Shown here: positions 25,946-35,099 of the stretch, one piece after another | How positions within the stretch are numbered: the first letter of the stretch is position 1 | Layout of the letters: each line of letters opens with the position of its first letter | From: an uncultured Acidobacteriota bacterium | GTDB taxonomy: Bacteria > Acidobacteriota > Thermoanaerobaculia > Multivoradales > UBA5704 | Reading direction: 5' to 3' | Assembly: GCA_963770895.1 (NCBI GenBank) | Contig: CAVYRF010000002.1 | Span: 1,152,001-1,216,000 of the forward strand | Length of the DNA: 64,000 nt | Translations under genes and position numbers: made by a program | The notes under the pieces: generated by a model | What the model was told of the DNA's origin: nothing | The model's database searches: none | The model's input: only the letters and a program-made list of their open reading frames with translations

Positions 25946-28540
25946 ATGCCGCCACCGCAGGATCAGCCATCCCCCGCGGCCGGCCATCCCCACCCGCGCT
26001 CCCATCCAGCCGCCGGCGGCACCCCCAGGATGGTCACACCCGGCCGGGAGGCACGTTGGCTGTGGTTTGTGTTTCTGCTGGCCCTGGCGGTGCGCCTGGT
26101 CTACCTGTGGGATGTCCGGGACCTGCCGACGCTCCACCACCTGGTCATGGACGCCGAGCGCTACGACGCCCTGGCCCGCCGCATTCTGGCCGGCGGCTGG
26201 CGCCCGCACGAGGCCTTCTACCAGGCGCCGCTCTACCCCTACCTGCTGGCCGCAACCTATGCCGTCAGCGGCGGTTCGCTCCTGGCGGTGCGCCTGGGCC
26301 AGGCGCTCCTGGGCGCCCTGACCGCAGTCCTGGCCGCCGTCGCCGCCGGCCGCCTCGGCAACCGCGCCCCGCGGCCGCGGGCGCAGACCCAGCCAACCGC
26401 CAGCGGCGATGCCGGTGACGCCGATGGGGATGGGGAACGACGCCGCCTCGCACTGCTCGCCACCGCCGGCGTGCTCGCCGCGTTGTACGCGCCGGCGATC
26501 TTCTATACACCCCTGCTGCTCAAGACAGTCCCGGCCCTGTTGCTGGAATCGGCAGCGCTGGTGGCGCTGCTGCCGCCCGCCGGCCGCCGCTTCACCCCAG
26601 CGCGCTGCCTGGGCATCGGCGCCCTCCTGGGCGCCGCCTCACTGCTGCAGGAAAGCCTGCTCCCGCTGGTGCCGGCAACCGTCCTGTACCTGCTGGCGCG
26701 GCCGTGGCCGGCAGCCGCCAGCCAGCCGCCTGCCGACGAAACAACCATCGGCCGCACAACGATCCATCACGCGGCCACCAGCGATACGACCGGCCGCAAC
26801 ATGCCCCCTGGCGGAACGCCTGCCGCTCCTACATCTGCCGGACACAGAGTCCCCGGCGGGGCGGCACGGCGGCCCTGGCTGGGCGCGGCGGCCGTGTTGG
26901 TTGGCGCGGCGCTGGCCCTTGCGCCGGCGGCGCTGCTCAACCTGGCGGCGAGCGGCCAGCTGCTGCTGACCAGCTCGCAGAGCGGCGTGAACTTCTATAT
27001 TGGCAACGCTCGGGGCGCCACCGGCACCTACTCCGGCCTGTCCGGCGGCGGCCAGACGCCGGAGCGCCAGAAGGAGGATTCGGAGCGCCTTGCGGCGCTG
27101 TTCGCGGCGCGCGACAGCGGCCGGCCGGTAGCCCCGGCGTCGCTGGCGCCGGCCCAGGTCTCGCGCATCCTGTGGCGCGAAACCTGGCGCCAGATCGTCG
27201 CCGACCCGGCCACCTGGGGGCGGCTGATGCTGCGGAAGCTGCGCCTGTTCTGGAACAACTACGAGCTGCCGGACGCCGAGGGCTTCCGCGTCTACCGGCG
27301 TGAATCCCTCGCCCTGCGCCTGGATCCCCTGACCTTCGGCCCGCTCGCGCCGCTGGCAGCGGTCGGCCTGCTCTCCCTCGCGACCCGCGGCACTGCCCGC
27401 GAGCGCCACGCGGCCGCGCTGCTCGCCTTGCTGACCCTCACCGTCTGCGCCGCGGTCGTGCTGTTTTTCGTCTTCGGCCGCTATCGCCTGGCGGTGGTGC
27501 CCTTCCTCCTGCCGCTCGCCGCCGCCGGCATTCAGGAGCTGCGCGAAATCGGCCACCGCGCCAGCCAGGCCGCCGGCATCGGCCTGCGCCGGCCCGCGGC
27601 AGACCTCGCCCTGCTCGCCGGCGTCGGCCTGGCCGTCAACCTCCCCTGCTACTCCGCAACCGAGATCGCCAGCCAGGACTCCGCCATCGAGTGCAACCTG
27701 GGCACCGCCGCCATGATGGGAGCCGCGGCCAGCCACGCCGACTTCCGCCGCCTGGTCGCCGCCGGAGCCTTCGCCGGCAAGGTCAATCCGTCCGCCACCG
27801 CTGACGCGACGGCGCCTTCCGAGCCCATCACCGGCCCGGCGCCATCTGCTCCGACAGCCGGCGCAGCACCCACGGAACCGGCCACCTCCGAAGCGACGAT
27901 GGCGGCGGCGCGCGCCAAGCTGACCGAGGCGGTGGAGCTCGCGTCCCGCGCCGTCGACTACCTGGCCGCCGCGGACGCCGACAGCCCCGACTTTGTCGTC
28001 GCCAAGGTCGCCTGGGCCAACGCCCTGGCGGACCGCGGCCGCTACCTGGCCGAGGCCGGCAACCTGGACCAGGCGCTCGCCGACGTCGGCACCGCCCGCG
28101 ACCGGCTGACCGCGGTGCTCGCCGCACCACCCGCCGACCCCGAGCTGCAGCGCCTCGCCACCTCAGGCAAGGAAGCGATCGACGACCAGCTGGTCACGCT
28201 CCTGAGCAACGCCGGCCTCCACCGCATCGAAACCGGCCAGCTCGACGACGCCGACGCCCTGCTCACCCGCGCCACCGCGGTCGCGCCCAACCTCGCCGCG
28301 CCCCGCGGCAGCCTGGCCCTATGCCGCCTCCAGCGCGGCCTGGCAGCCCGCCACCAAGGCGATCGCGCCGCAGCCGCGCGCCTCCTGGCCGAAAGCCGCG
28401 ACCTCTACCGCACCGCCGTCGCCCTCGCCCAAACCACTGACCGCCCCGACCTCGCCACCCTCTTCGCCAAAGGCCAAACCTCCGCCGAAGCCGCCCTCGC
28501 CGACAGCACCCCCCAGACGGCACCAGCACCCCATCGCTAG
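25946..28540 (+). CDS. GT-C (PMT/GT39-like) membrane glycosyltransferase with C-terminal TPRs
   Basis: MDAERYDALA, FYQAPLYPYLL, GVNFYIGN, RYRL; TPR-like tail; GGAGG RBS. Confidence 0.72.
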   Translation: MPPPQDQPSPAAGHPHPRSHPAAGGTPRMVTPGREARWLWFVFLLALAVRLVYLWDVRDLPTLHHLVMDAERYDALARRILAGGWRPHEAFYQAPLYPYLLAATYAVSGGSLLAVRLGQALLGALTAVLAAVAAGRLGNRAPRPRAQTQPTASGDAGDADGDGERRRLALLATAGVLAALYAPAIFYTPLLLKTVPALLLESAALVALLPPAGRRFTPARCLGIGALLGAASLLQESLLPLVPATVLYLLARPWPAAASQPPADETTIGRTTIHHAATSDTTGRNMPPGGTPAAPTSAGHRVPGGAARRPWLGAAAVLVGAALALAPAALLNLAASGQLLLTSSQSGVNFYIGNARGATGTYSGLSGGGQTPERQKEDSERLAALFAARDSGRPVAPASLAPAQVSRILWRETWRQIVADPATWGRLMLRKLRLFWNNYELPDAEGFRVYRRESLALRLDPLTFGPLAPLAAVGLLSLATRGTARERHAAALLALLTLTVCAAVVLFFVFGRYRLAVVPFLLPLAAAGIQELREIGHRASQAAGIGLRRPAADLALLAGVGLAVNLPCYSATEIASQDSAIECNLGTAAMMGAAASHADFRRLVAAGAFAGKVNPSATADATAPSEPITGPAPSAPTAGAAPTEPATSEATMAAARAKLTEAVELASRAVDYLAAADADSPDFVVAKVAWANALADRGRYLAEAGNLDQALADVGTARDRLTAVLAAPPADPELQRLATSGKEAIDDQLVTLLSNAGLHRIETGQLDDADALLTRATAVAPNLAAPRGSLALCRLQRGLAARHQGDRAAAARLLAESRDLYRTAVALAQTTDRPDLATLFAKGQTSAEAALADSTPQTAPAPHR

Positions 28541-28571
28541 CGCAATCAGCCTGCACGTGGAGCTGCTTCGC

Positions 28572-30857
28572 CTATGGCGAGGGCGGGGCGGTGGCGAGGG
28601 CGGCGAGCTCCTGGGCGTCGACGACGCAGAGGGCGGTGAGGTTGACGATGTCGGCGACTTCGACGCCGGCTTGCAGGACGTGGACGGGCTTGGCCATGCC
28701 CAGGAGGATGGGGCCGATGGCTTCGGCTTTGGCCAGGCGCCAGATGAGCTTGTAGGCGATGTTGGCGGATTGGAGCTCGGGGAAGATGAGGACGTTGGCG
28801 GGGGCGCGCAGGTGGCTCCAGTCGTAGGTGTCGCGCAGGAGCGAGTCGACGACGGCGGTGTCGGCTTGCATCTCGCCGTCGATTTCAAGGTGGGGATCGC
28901 GCTCGCGGACCAGCTCGACGGCGCGGCGGACCTTGCGGGCGGCGGGGTGGGCGTTGGAACCGAAGTTGGAGAACGACAGCATCGCGACGCGGGGGGTGAT
29001 GCCGAAGCGGCGGACGAATTCGACCGTCAGGGTGGTGATCTCGGCCAGCTCCTGCGGATTGGGATCGATGTTGACGGTGGTGTCGGCCAGGAAGAAGAGG
29101 CGGTCTTCCAGGATGAGGACGTAGGCGCCCGAAACCCGCGACACGCCGGGGCGGGTGGAGATGATCTGCAGCGCCGGGCGGATGGTGTCGGGGTAGCTGC
29201 GGGTGAGGCCCGAGATCAGGCCGTCGGCGTCGCCCTCCTCGACCATCATGCTGCCGAAATAGTTGCGCAGGCGCATGAGCTTGCGGGCGTCCACCAGGGT
29301 CATGCCGTCGCGGCGCCGCATCTCGTGCAGCCGCTGGGCGTACGGCTCGAGCAACGGCGAGGTTTCATTGTGCAGGATGGTGACGCGCTCCTCGGCCAGG
29401 TCCAGGTCACGGAGCTTGCCGGCGATCATGTCGCGGCGCGCCAGCAGGATGGGGTGGGCGATGCCTTCGTCGACCAGGATCTTGGCGGCGCGCAGGATCT
29501 GGTCGTGCTCGCCTTCGGGGAAGACCACCCGGCGGGGGCTGCGCTTGGCCCGGTCGATGATGCCGCGCATCAGCTCGAAGCGGCGTGAGATGAGGGTTTC
29601 CAGCCGCCGGTGGTAAGCGGCGAAGTCGGCGATCGGCACCCTGGCCACACCTGTCGCCATGGCGGCGCGGGCGACCGCCGGCGGCACGCGCAGCAGGACG
29701 CGGTGATCGACCGGCTTGGGGATGAGGTATTCGCGGCCGAAGCGCAGCGCGTCCAGGCCGTAGGCGCGCAGCACCGAGTCGGGCACGTCTTCGCGCGCCA
29801 GCTCGGCCAGCGCCCAGACCGCCGCCAGCTCCATCTCGTCGTTGATGTCGGTCGCCCGCACGTCCAGGGCGCCGCGGAAGATGAAGGGGAATCCCAGGAC
29901 GTTGTTGACCTGGTTGGGGTAGTCGCTGCGGCCGGTGGCGACGATGGCGTCGGGGCGGGCGGCGCGCGCCTCTTCGTAGGAGATCTCGGGGTCGGGGTTG
30001 GCCATGGCGAAGACCACCGGATCGCGCGCCATCGAGCGGATCATGTCCGGCGTCACCACGCCGGCAACCGACAGGCCGATGAACACGTCGCAGCCGGCCA
30101 TCGCCTGGGCGAGCGTGCGCGCCGCGGTGTCGGCGGCAAAGGCCTCTTTTTGCGGGTCCATCAGCTCGCGCCGGCCGCGGTAGACGACGCCGGCGATGTC
30201 GCACAGCACGATGTTCTCGCGCCGGGCCCCCAGCTTGAGGTAGAGCTTGGCGCAGGACAGCGCCGCCGCGCCGGCGCCGGAAAAGACGATGCGCGCGTCG
30301 GCGATCGGTTTGTCGATCAGCTTGAGCGCATTGAGCAGCGCCGCTCCCGAGATGATGGCGGTGCCGTGCTGATCGTCGTGAAAGACGGGAATCTGCATTT
30401 CCGCCTTCAGGCGGCGCTCGATCTCGAAGCAGTCGGGAGCGCGTATGTCTTCCAGGTTGATGCCGCCGAAGCTGGGCTCCAGCAGCTTGACCGCGCGGAT
30501 GAACTCTTCGGGGTCTTCGGTGGCGATCTCAAGGTCGAACACGTCGATGTCGGCGAAGCGCTTGAACAGCACCCCCTTGCCTTCCATGACCGGCTTGCCG
30601 GCCAGCGCGCCGATGTTGCCCAGACCCAGGACGGCGGTGCCGTTGGTGATCACCGCCACCAGATTGCCCTTGGCGGTGTACTCGTAGGCGGCCAGGGGAT
30701 CGCGCTGGATCTCCTTGCAGGGATAGGCGACGCCGGGGCTGTAGGCGAGCGACAGGTCGCGCTGGGTGAGGGTGGGCTTGGTGGGGACGACCTGGATCTT
30801 TCCCTTGCGCCCCTGCGAGTGGTAGGCGAGAGCGTCCTCGGCGCTGATCTTTTTCAC
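28572..30857 (-). CDS. maeB: NADP-dependent malic enzyme with phosphotransacetylase-like C-terminal domain
   Basis: [47 protein letters not shown]. Confidence 0.96.
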   Translation of the reverse strand: MKKISAEDALAYHSQGRKGKIQVVPTKPTLTQRDLSLAYSPGVAYPCKEIQRDPLAAYEYTAKGNLVAVITNGTAVLGLGNIGALAGKPVMEGKGVLFKRFADIDVFDLEIATEDPEEFIRAVKLLEPSFGGINLEDIRAPDCFEIERRLKAEMQIPVFHDDQHGTAIISGAALLNALKLIDKPIADARIVFSGAGAAALSCAKLYLKLGARRENIVLCDIAGVVYRGRRELMDPQKEAFAADTAARTLAQAMAGCDVFIGLSVAGVVTPDMIRSMARDPVVFAMANPDPEISYEEARAARPDAIVATGRSDYPNQVNNVLGFPFIFRGALDVRATDINDEMELAAVWALAELAREDVPDSVLRAYGLDALRFGREYLIPKPVDHRVLLRVPPAVARAAMATGVARVPIADFAAYHRRLETLISRRFELMRGIIDRAKRSPRRVVFPEGEHDQILRAAKILVDEGIAHPILLARRDMIAGKLRDLDLAEERVTILHNETSPLLEPYAQRLHEMRRRDGMTLVDARKLMRLRNYFGSMMVEEGDADGLISGLTRSYPDTIRPALQIISTRPGVSRVSGAYVLILEDRLFFLADTTVNIDPNPQELAEITTLTVEFVRRFGITPRVAMLSFSNFGSNAHPAARKVRRAVELVRERDPHLEIDGEMQADTAVVDSLLRDTYDWSHLRAPANVLIFPELQSANIAYKLIWRLAKAEAIGPILLGMAKPVHVLQAGVEVADIVNLTALCVVDAQELAALATAPPSP

Positions 30858-30909
30858 CCCCGCATCTTACCAGCGGCACCCGGCAGAGCCCGGCGGGAAC
30901 CGGGCGGCG

Positions 30910-31446
30910 TCAGGTGGTGGGGCGGCCGGCGCCGCTCAGGACGGCCTGCTCGAAGACCCGGCGATAGAGGGTCAGGAGATCGGAAAAGACGCGCGCGAAG
31001 GCCTGGTCGGTCGCATCCTCCAGCAGGGGGTGCTCGTGCGGCAGCGGCGGCAGGTAGACGCCGGCTTCGCCAGGGGACCAGGGGACCACCTGGGCGCCGG
31101 CGCGTTCCGCGCCACCGGCGGCGATCGCCGCGGCCGGCGCCAGCTCGCCGGCGGCCGTGACGGCGGTTGCGGCGGCGGCGGCCTTGCCGGCGCTCTGTTC
31201 GGACGCTGCCAGCGCGGCGGCGCGACCGTCGACCAGGTAGAGGGTGTAGAAAAACTCGAACATGTCGACCTTGAGCACCCGCAGGATCTTTTCCAACGAA
31301 TCGAGCTTGGGCAGCTCCTTGCCGTTTTCATACTTGGAGAGTTGGCTCTTGCCGATGCGGGCTTCGCGCGCCACGCGACTCTGGCTTTTACCCCGCAGCT
31401 CGCGCAGCAAGCTGAGGGTCCTCCCCAGGTTCGCAAACATGCCCAT
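30910..31446 (-). CDS. XRE-family HTH transcriptional regulator
   Basis: LRELRGKSQSRVAREARIGKSQLSKYENGKELP. Confidence 0.85.
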   Translation of the reverse strand: MGMFANLGRTLSLLRELRGKSQSRVAREARIGKSQLSKYENGKELPKLDSLEKILRVLKVDMFEFFYTLYLVDGRAAALAASEQSAGKAAAAATAVTAAGELAPAAAIAAGGAERAGAQVVPWSPGEAGVYLPPLPHEHPLLEDATDQAFARVFSDLLTLYRRVFEQAVLSGAGRPTT

Positions 31447-31732
31447 AGGAGAAATGTAGCGGCTGCAACATACCGCACGCAAGCGTAAGTCACTGATTAT
31501 GAGATATTTAGATCGCAAGCATTAATCACATGCGAGCATTGAATGGCGGCGTCTGGCGACGAATTTTGCAATCGGTAGCCAGGATCGAAGTAAAAGTTGT
31601 CTTTATTCGACCTGGGCGCATTTTTCTCTTGTCCCGCTCGCGGCAAGGGCAAGCGGCGGCCCGAGGGCGCCGCCTGAGCTACAAGATTGCCGTTGCCGGT
31701 AAGACGCCGCGGAGCGACGCCGCGGCGAGGGG

Positions 31733-32254
31733 TCAGCGCCGCTTGCGGCGGGGGTGTTTGCGGACTGCCGCGGGGGGCGGCGGGGTGGGTTCGACCGGCT
31801 CGTGGCCGGTGATCTCGCCGGCGGCGACGGCGCGCGGCACGACGCGGAAGAGCACCGTGAAGTCGCCCACTTCGACCGCGCCCTGCGCGACCGGCCGCGA
31901 GCGTTGCAGCGTCGTCTGGATGAAGGTTTCGATCGTGCCGAGCACGTCGCTGATCTCGCCCGGCAGGTCGGCGCCGCCGTGCGGCACCGGGTAGGTGTCG
32001 GCCGCCGCCGGCGCGTCTCGCGCCACCGCCTTGGCCTCGTTCTCCACCAGATCGTAGCGACGGAAGAAGTCGCGCCGGCTGACCCCTTGCGCATCCAGGA
32101 TCTTGGCCAGGGTCGTCAGGGTCGCCTCCTGAAAACCGTTCTCGATGCGCGACAGCTGGCCGCGGCCGAGGTGCGCCCGCTCACCCAGCTTCTCAAGGGT
32201 CAGATGACGCTCGCGGCGCAGCCGGCGCAGCGTCTCGCCAACTTTCTCGAACAT
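31733..32254 (-). CDS. XRE-family HTH transcriptional regulator
   Basis: LRRLRRERHLTLEKLGERAHLGRGQLSRIENG. Confidence 0.85.
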   Translation of the reverse strand: MFEKVGETLRRLRRERHLTLEKLGERAHLGRGQLSRIENGFQEATLTTLAKILDAQGVSRRDFFRRYDLVENEAKAVARDAPAAADTYPVPHGGADLPGEISDVLGTIETFIQTTLQRSRPVAQGAVEVGDFTVLFRVVPRAVAAGEITGHEPVEPTPPPPAAVRKHPRRKRR

Positions 32255-32567
32255 GTCCACCTGCGCAACATACAAGCGGCAAGGGTCCGGTTGCAAGACG
32301 TAACCCCTTTAAGCTCAAATGTTTACGCCCAGGAAACATTGCCTTATGCGGCGTTTTGTTCCCACTTGCGGCAAGCGTCGCCACCCTTGCAAGCCCCGAT
32401 CCGACAAGAAGTCACCTGCCCAAAAACCCAAATTCGTGCTGCGCCCGGCGCCTCAAGATCGACGGAAAAACCGGGATCGGACGTTTCTACAGGGTGATGG
32501 CCCGTTTTTCAGGCACTGCCGGCGCACTGACGATCCGTGGACGCCGGGCTGGAGACGCGATGGCCGC

Positions 32568-32721
32568 GAGGACCCCAGAGGGTTCGGACGGGATGCACTG
32601 CAGCGGTCAACCGGAGCGGGAGAGGTCGGCGGGAGGGGTTCGGGCGGGATGCAATGCCACGGTCAGCCGGGAGCCGGGGAGGACTCCGGGAGGGTTCGGA
32701 CGGGGCGGACGCAGCGGTCAA
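32568..32721. repeat. Three degenerate tandem copies of a ~56-bp non-coding unit
   Basis: GGTTCGGRCGGG starts at 32581, 32637 and 32693; CGGTCA at 32604, 32660 and 32715. Confidence 0.8.
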
Positions 32722-32776
32722 GAGAAACTTGGGAATGTTTGCATATTGTTAGTCTTTCCTGGAGAATCGCTGCAGC

Positions 32777-33658
32777 ATGGACAACCGGCCGATCGGGTCT
32801 GAGCGGGGAAGCGGGCCGCAGCATGGGGGACCGGCGGCGACGCCGCTGGCGCTGGCGGCGTTCCGGCGTCATGGCGAGCGGCACCTGGCGCGCCATTTCA
32901 ACAGCGTTCGGCTGGGGCGCGCGCACCACCCCGACTTCACCGCCGCCCGCGACCGGCCGCTGATCGTCTATTGCAATCACTCCTCGTGGTGGGACCCCCT
33001 GGTCTGCCTGCAGCTTGCCGCGCAGCTCCTGCCCGAGCGCCGGCACTTCGCGCCGATCCCGGCCGGCGCCCTGGCCGGCAGCCGCTTTCTGTCCGGGATC
33101 GGCTTTTACACCGTGGACGACCAGCCCGGCCGGCACGCGCGCTTTCGCCGCCACCTGGATGCCGCCAGCCAGGTCCTGGAGGAGCCGGGCGCCACCCTGT
33201 GGATCGCGCCCAGCTGGCGCCTCGCCGACCCGCGACAGCGGCCGGTCGAAGTGCGGCCATGGTTCGGCCAACTGGTCCATCGGCTCCACCGCGGCGTGCT
33301 GCTGCCGCTGGCGATGGAATTTCCCTTCTGGGACGCGCTCCTGCCAGAAGCGCTGGTGGGCTTCGGCCAGGAGCTGGCGATCGAAGACGCCGGCATGCGG
33401 GCGCGCGACTGGACGGCCGTCCTGGCCGCCCACCTGCAGGAAGCCCAGGATCAGCTCGCCGCCGACGCGCAGACGCACGACCCCAACCTGTTCGAGCCGC
33501 TGCTGGGCGCCGGCGCCGCTGCCGCCGCCGCGCCTGCCGGCGCCGCCCGCGGCGGTCTGCCAGCGGTCTGGCGACGCCTGCAAGCGCACCTGCGCCGCCG
33601 CCGCGAGCACGGCCGCGGCCCGCTGCGCCCCTCCAGCCAGGGCGAAGACGCGGGGTAG
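32777..33658 (+). CDS. Lysophospholipid/glycerol acyltransferase family (PlsC-like)
   Basis: NHSSWWD (HxxxxD) motif; GGAG RBS. Confidence 0.82.
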   Translation: MDNRPIGSERGSGPQHGGPAATPLALAAFRRHGERHLARHFNSVRLGRAHHPDFTAARDRPLIVYCNHSSWWDPLVCLQLAAQLLPERRHFAPIPAGALAGSRFLSGIGFYTVDDQPGRHARFRRHLDAASQVLEEPGATLWIAPSWRLADPRQRPVEVRPWFGQLVHRLHRGVLLPLAMEFPFWDALLPEALVGFGQELAIEDAGMRARDWTAVLAAHLQEAQDQLAADAQTHDPNLFEPLLGAGAAAAAAPAGAARGGLPAVWRRLQAHLRRRREHGRGPLRPSSQGEDAG

Positions 33659-33684
33659 TGGCCTGTCCTGGAGAATTCGCGGCT

Positions 33685-34587
33685 TCAGGCCGCCTTGCGC
33701 ACCACTTCGGCCTGGCGCGGCCAGCTGCCGCTCAGGAAGTCGCCCGCGGCCGGGAAAAAGATCTTGGGCCGCTCCAGGTAGGGGTGATGCCCGGCGCCGT
33801 CGATGCGCAGGAAGCGCCCGTTGCCGCTGTGCGCTGCCCAATCCCGCGACGCCTCGATCGGCACGTAGTCGTCCGTTCCCTGCATCACCAGCAGTGGGAA
33901 TTGCAGCGCCCCCAGGCGCGGGCGGAAGTCCCACGCCTTCATCTTGGGCACGATGTGGTCGAAGTAGAGGCTCATCGAGTGGCGCGGCCATTCGTTGGGG
34001 CAACCGCACACGTCGTCCAGGGGGAACCGCGCCGCCGCCTCCAGGTCGCTCATCTGGGCCGGCAGCAGGAAATAGGTGAACCAGGCCTTGCAGAAGGCGA
34101 CCGGATCCTCGCGATCGACGCCGTCGCGGCGCATCTCTTCGAGCCGCGGCACCCCCGGCGGGTAGACCAGCATCTCCGCCGACGGCATCTCCTGCGCCCA
34201 TTCGCCAGGCTGGCGCGGCGTGATCGGGCAGACCAGCAGCATGCGGTCGACGCGCTCCTGGTTCTCGATGGCGTACGCGGCGGTGACCGCCGCGTGGTAC
34301 GAGGTCCCCAGGAGCGACAGGCGATCCAGGCCGAAGTAGCGCCGCACCGCCTCCAGGTCCCGCACGTCCTGCTCCAATCCCACGTGCCGGCGGTCGGTGA
34401 CCGCGCTGGACCGCCCCCGGCTGCGCGGGTCGTACAGGATCAGCCGCCGCCCTTCGGCCAGCGGCAGCAACGCATCCGCCAACCAGCTGGCGTTGGGGAC
34501 CACCACCGTCTCCGCCCCTTCCCCCACCACCCGGTAGTACAGATTCAACCCGCGCCGCACCAACACAAAGCCTTCGCTACCCGTCAT
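33685..34587 (-). CDS. Alpha/beta-fold hydrolase (proline-iminopeptidase-like)
   Basis: YDPRSRGRS; nucleophile elbow GTSYH; QGTDD; AGHHPYLE. Confidence 0.85.
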   Translation of the reverse strand: MTGSEGFVLVRRGLNLYYRVVGEGAETVVVPNASWLADALLPLAEGRRLILYDPRSRGRSSAVTDRRHVGLEQDVRDLEAVRRYFGLDRLSLLGTSYHAAVTAAYAIENQERVDRMLLVCPITPRQPGEWAQEMPSAEMLVYPPGVPRLEEMRRDGVDREDPVAFCKAWFTYFLLPAQMSDLEAAARFPLDDVCGCPNEWPRHSMSLYFDHIVPKMKAWDFRPRLGALQFPLLVMQGTDDYVPIEASRDWAAHSGNGRFLRIDGAGHHPYLERPKIFFPAAGDFLSGSWPRQAEVVRKAA

Positions 34588-34764
34588 CGCCGCTCGGTCG
34601 CCTCCGCCCTCCGGACCCGGAAGTTTACTACAGGGGTGCGAAGCGCCGGGGGTGCCGATGCGTCGCGGGGCCGGGTGCTTCGCCGCCGGGCGGGAGCGGC
34701 GGCAGGAGCCCCCGGTCCCCGGCGCCCGGACGGGCCCCCGCGACGCGGTTCGTCAGCCGGCCGG

Positions 34765-35013
34765 CTACTTTCCTTGGCGAAGCCGGAAGAGCGCCATGGC
34801 CTCCAAAAGGACCGACAGGAAGGCAAGGGCGCTAGCCCCGTAGCAGTGCATCATGAAGGCCACGATGCTGGCGGCGGAGCCGACCAGGAGCGAGCTGATG
34901 ATCAGGGCGTAGACCCCCCCCGGTGGAGGCAGGTTGCCGCCGCCGCCTGAATGGGGAGCGCCATCGGGGTCGATCGGGTTGATCGGGTTGACCGGCATCG
35001 TGCCATCGGACAT
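34765..35013 (-). CDS. Small two-TM membrane protein (82 aa)
   Basis: Strong AAGGAGG RBS; Pro/Gly-rich N-terminus followed by two hydrophobic helices. Confidence 0.6.
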   Translation of the reverse strand: MSDGTMPVNPINPIDPDGAPHSGGGGNLPPPGGVYALIISSLLVGSAASIVAFMMHCYGASALAFLSVLLEAMALFRLRQGK

Positions 35014-35099
35014 GGGTCGATCCCTCCTTGGTTTGAAAGCGACCTTTCATGAAACATCTGCAGAAGAGGCGCGGCAGCGACGGCAGGCGTTACGCCCGG

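Noticed and set aside
32568-32721. 56-bp periodic repeat as a CRISPR array
   Set aside because: Only three degenerate units, similarity spread across the whole unit rather than repeat plus unique spacer, and no cas genes
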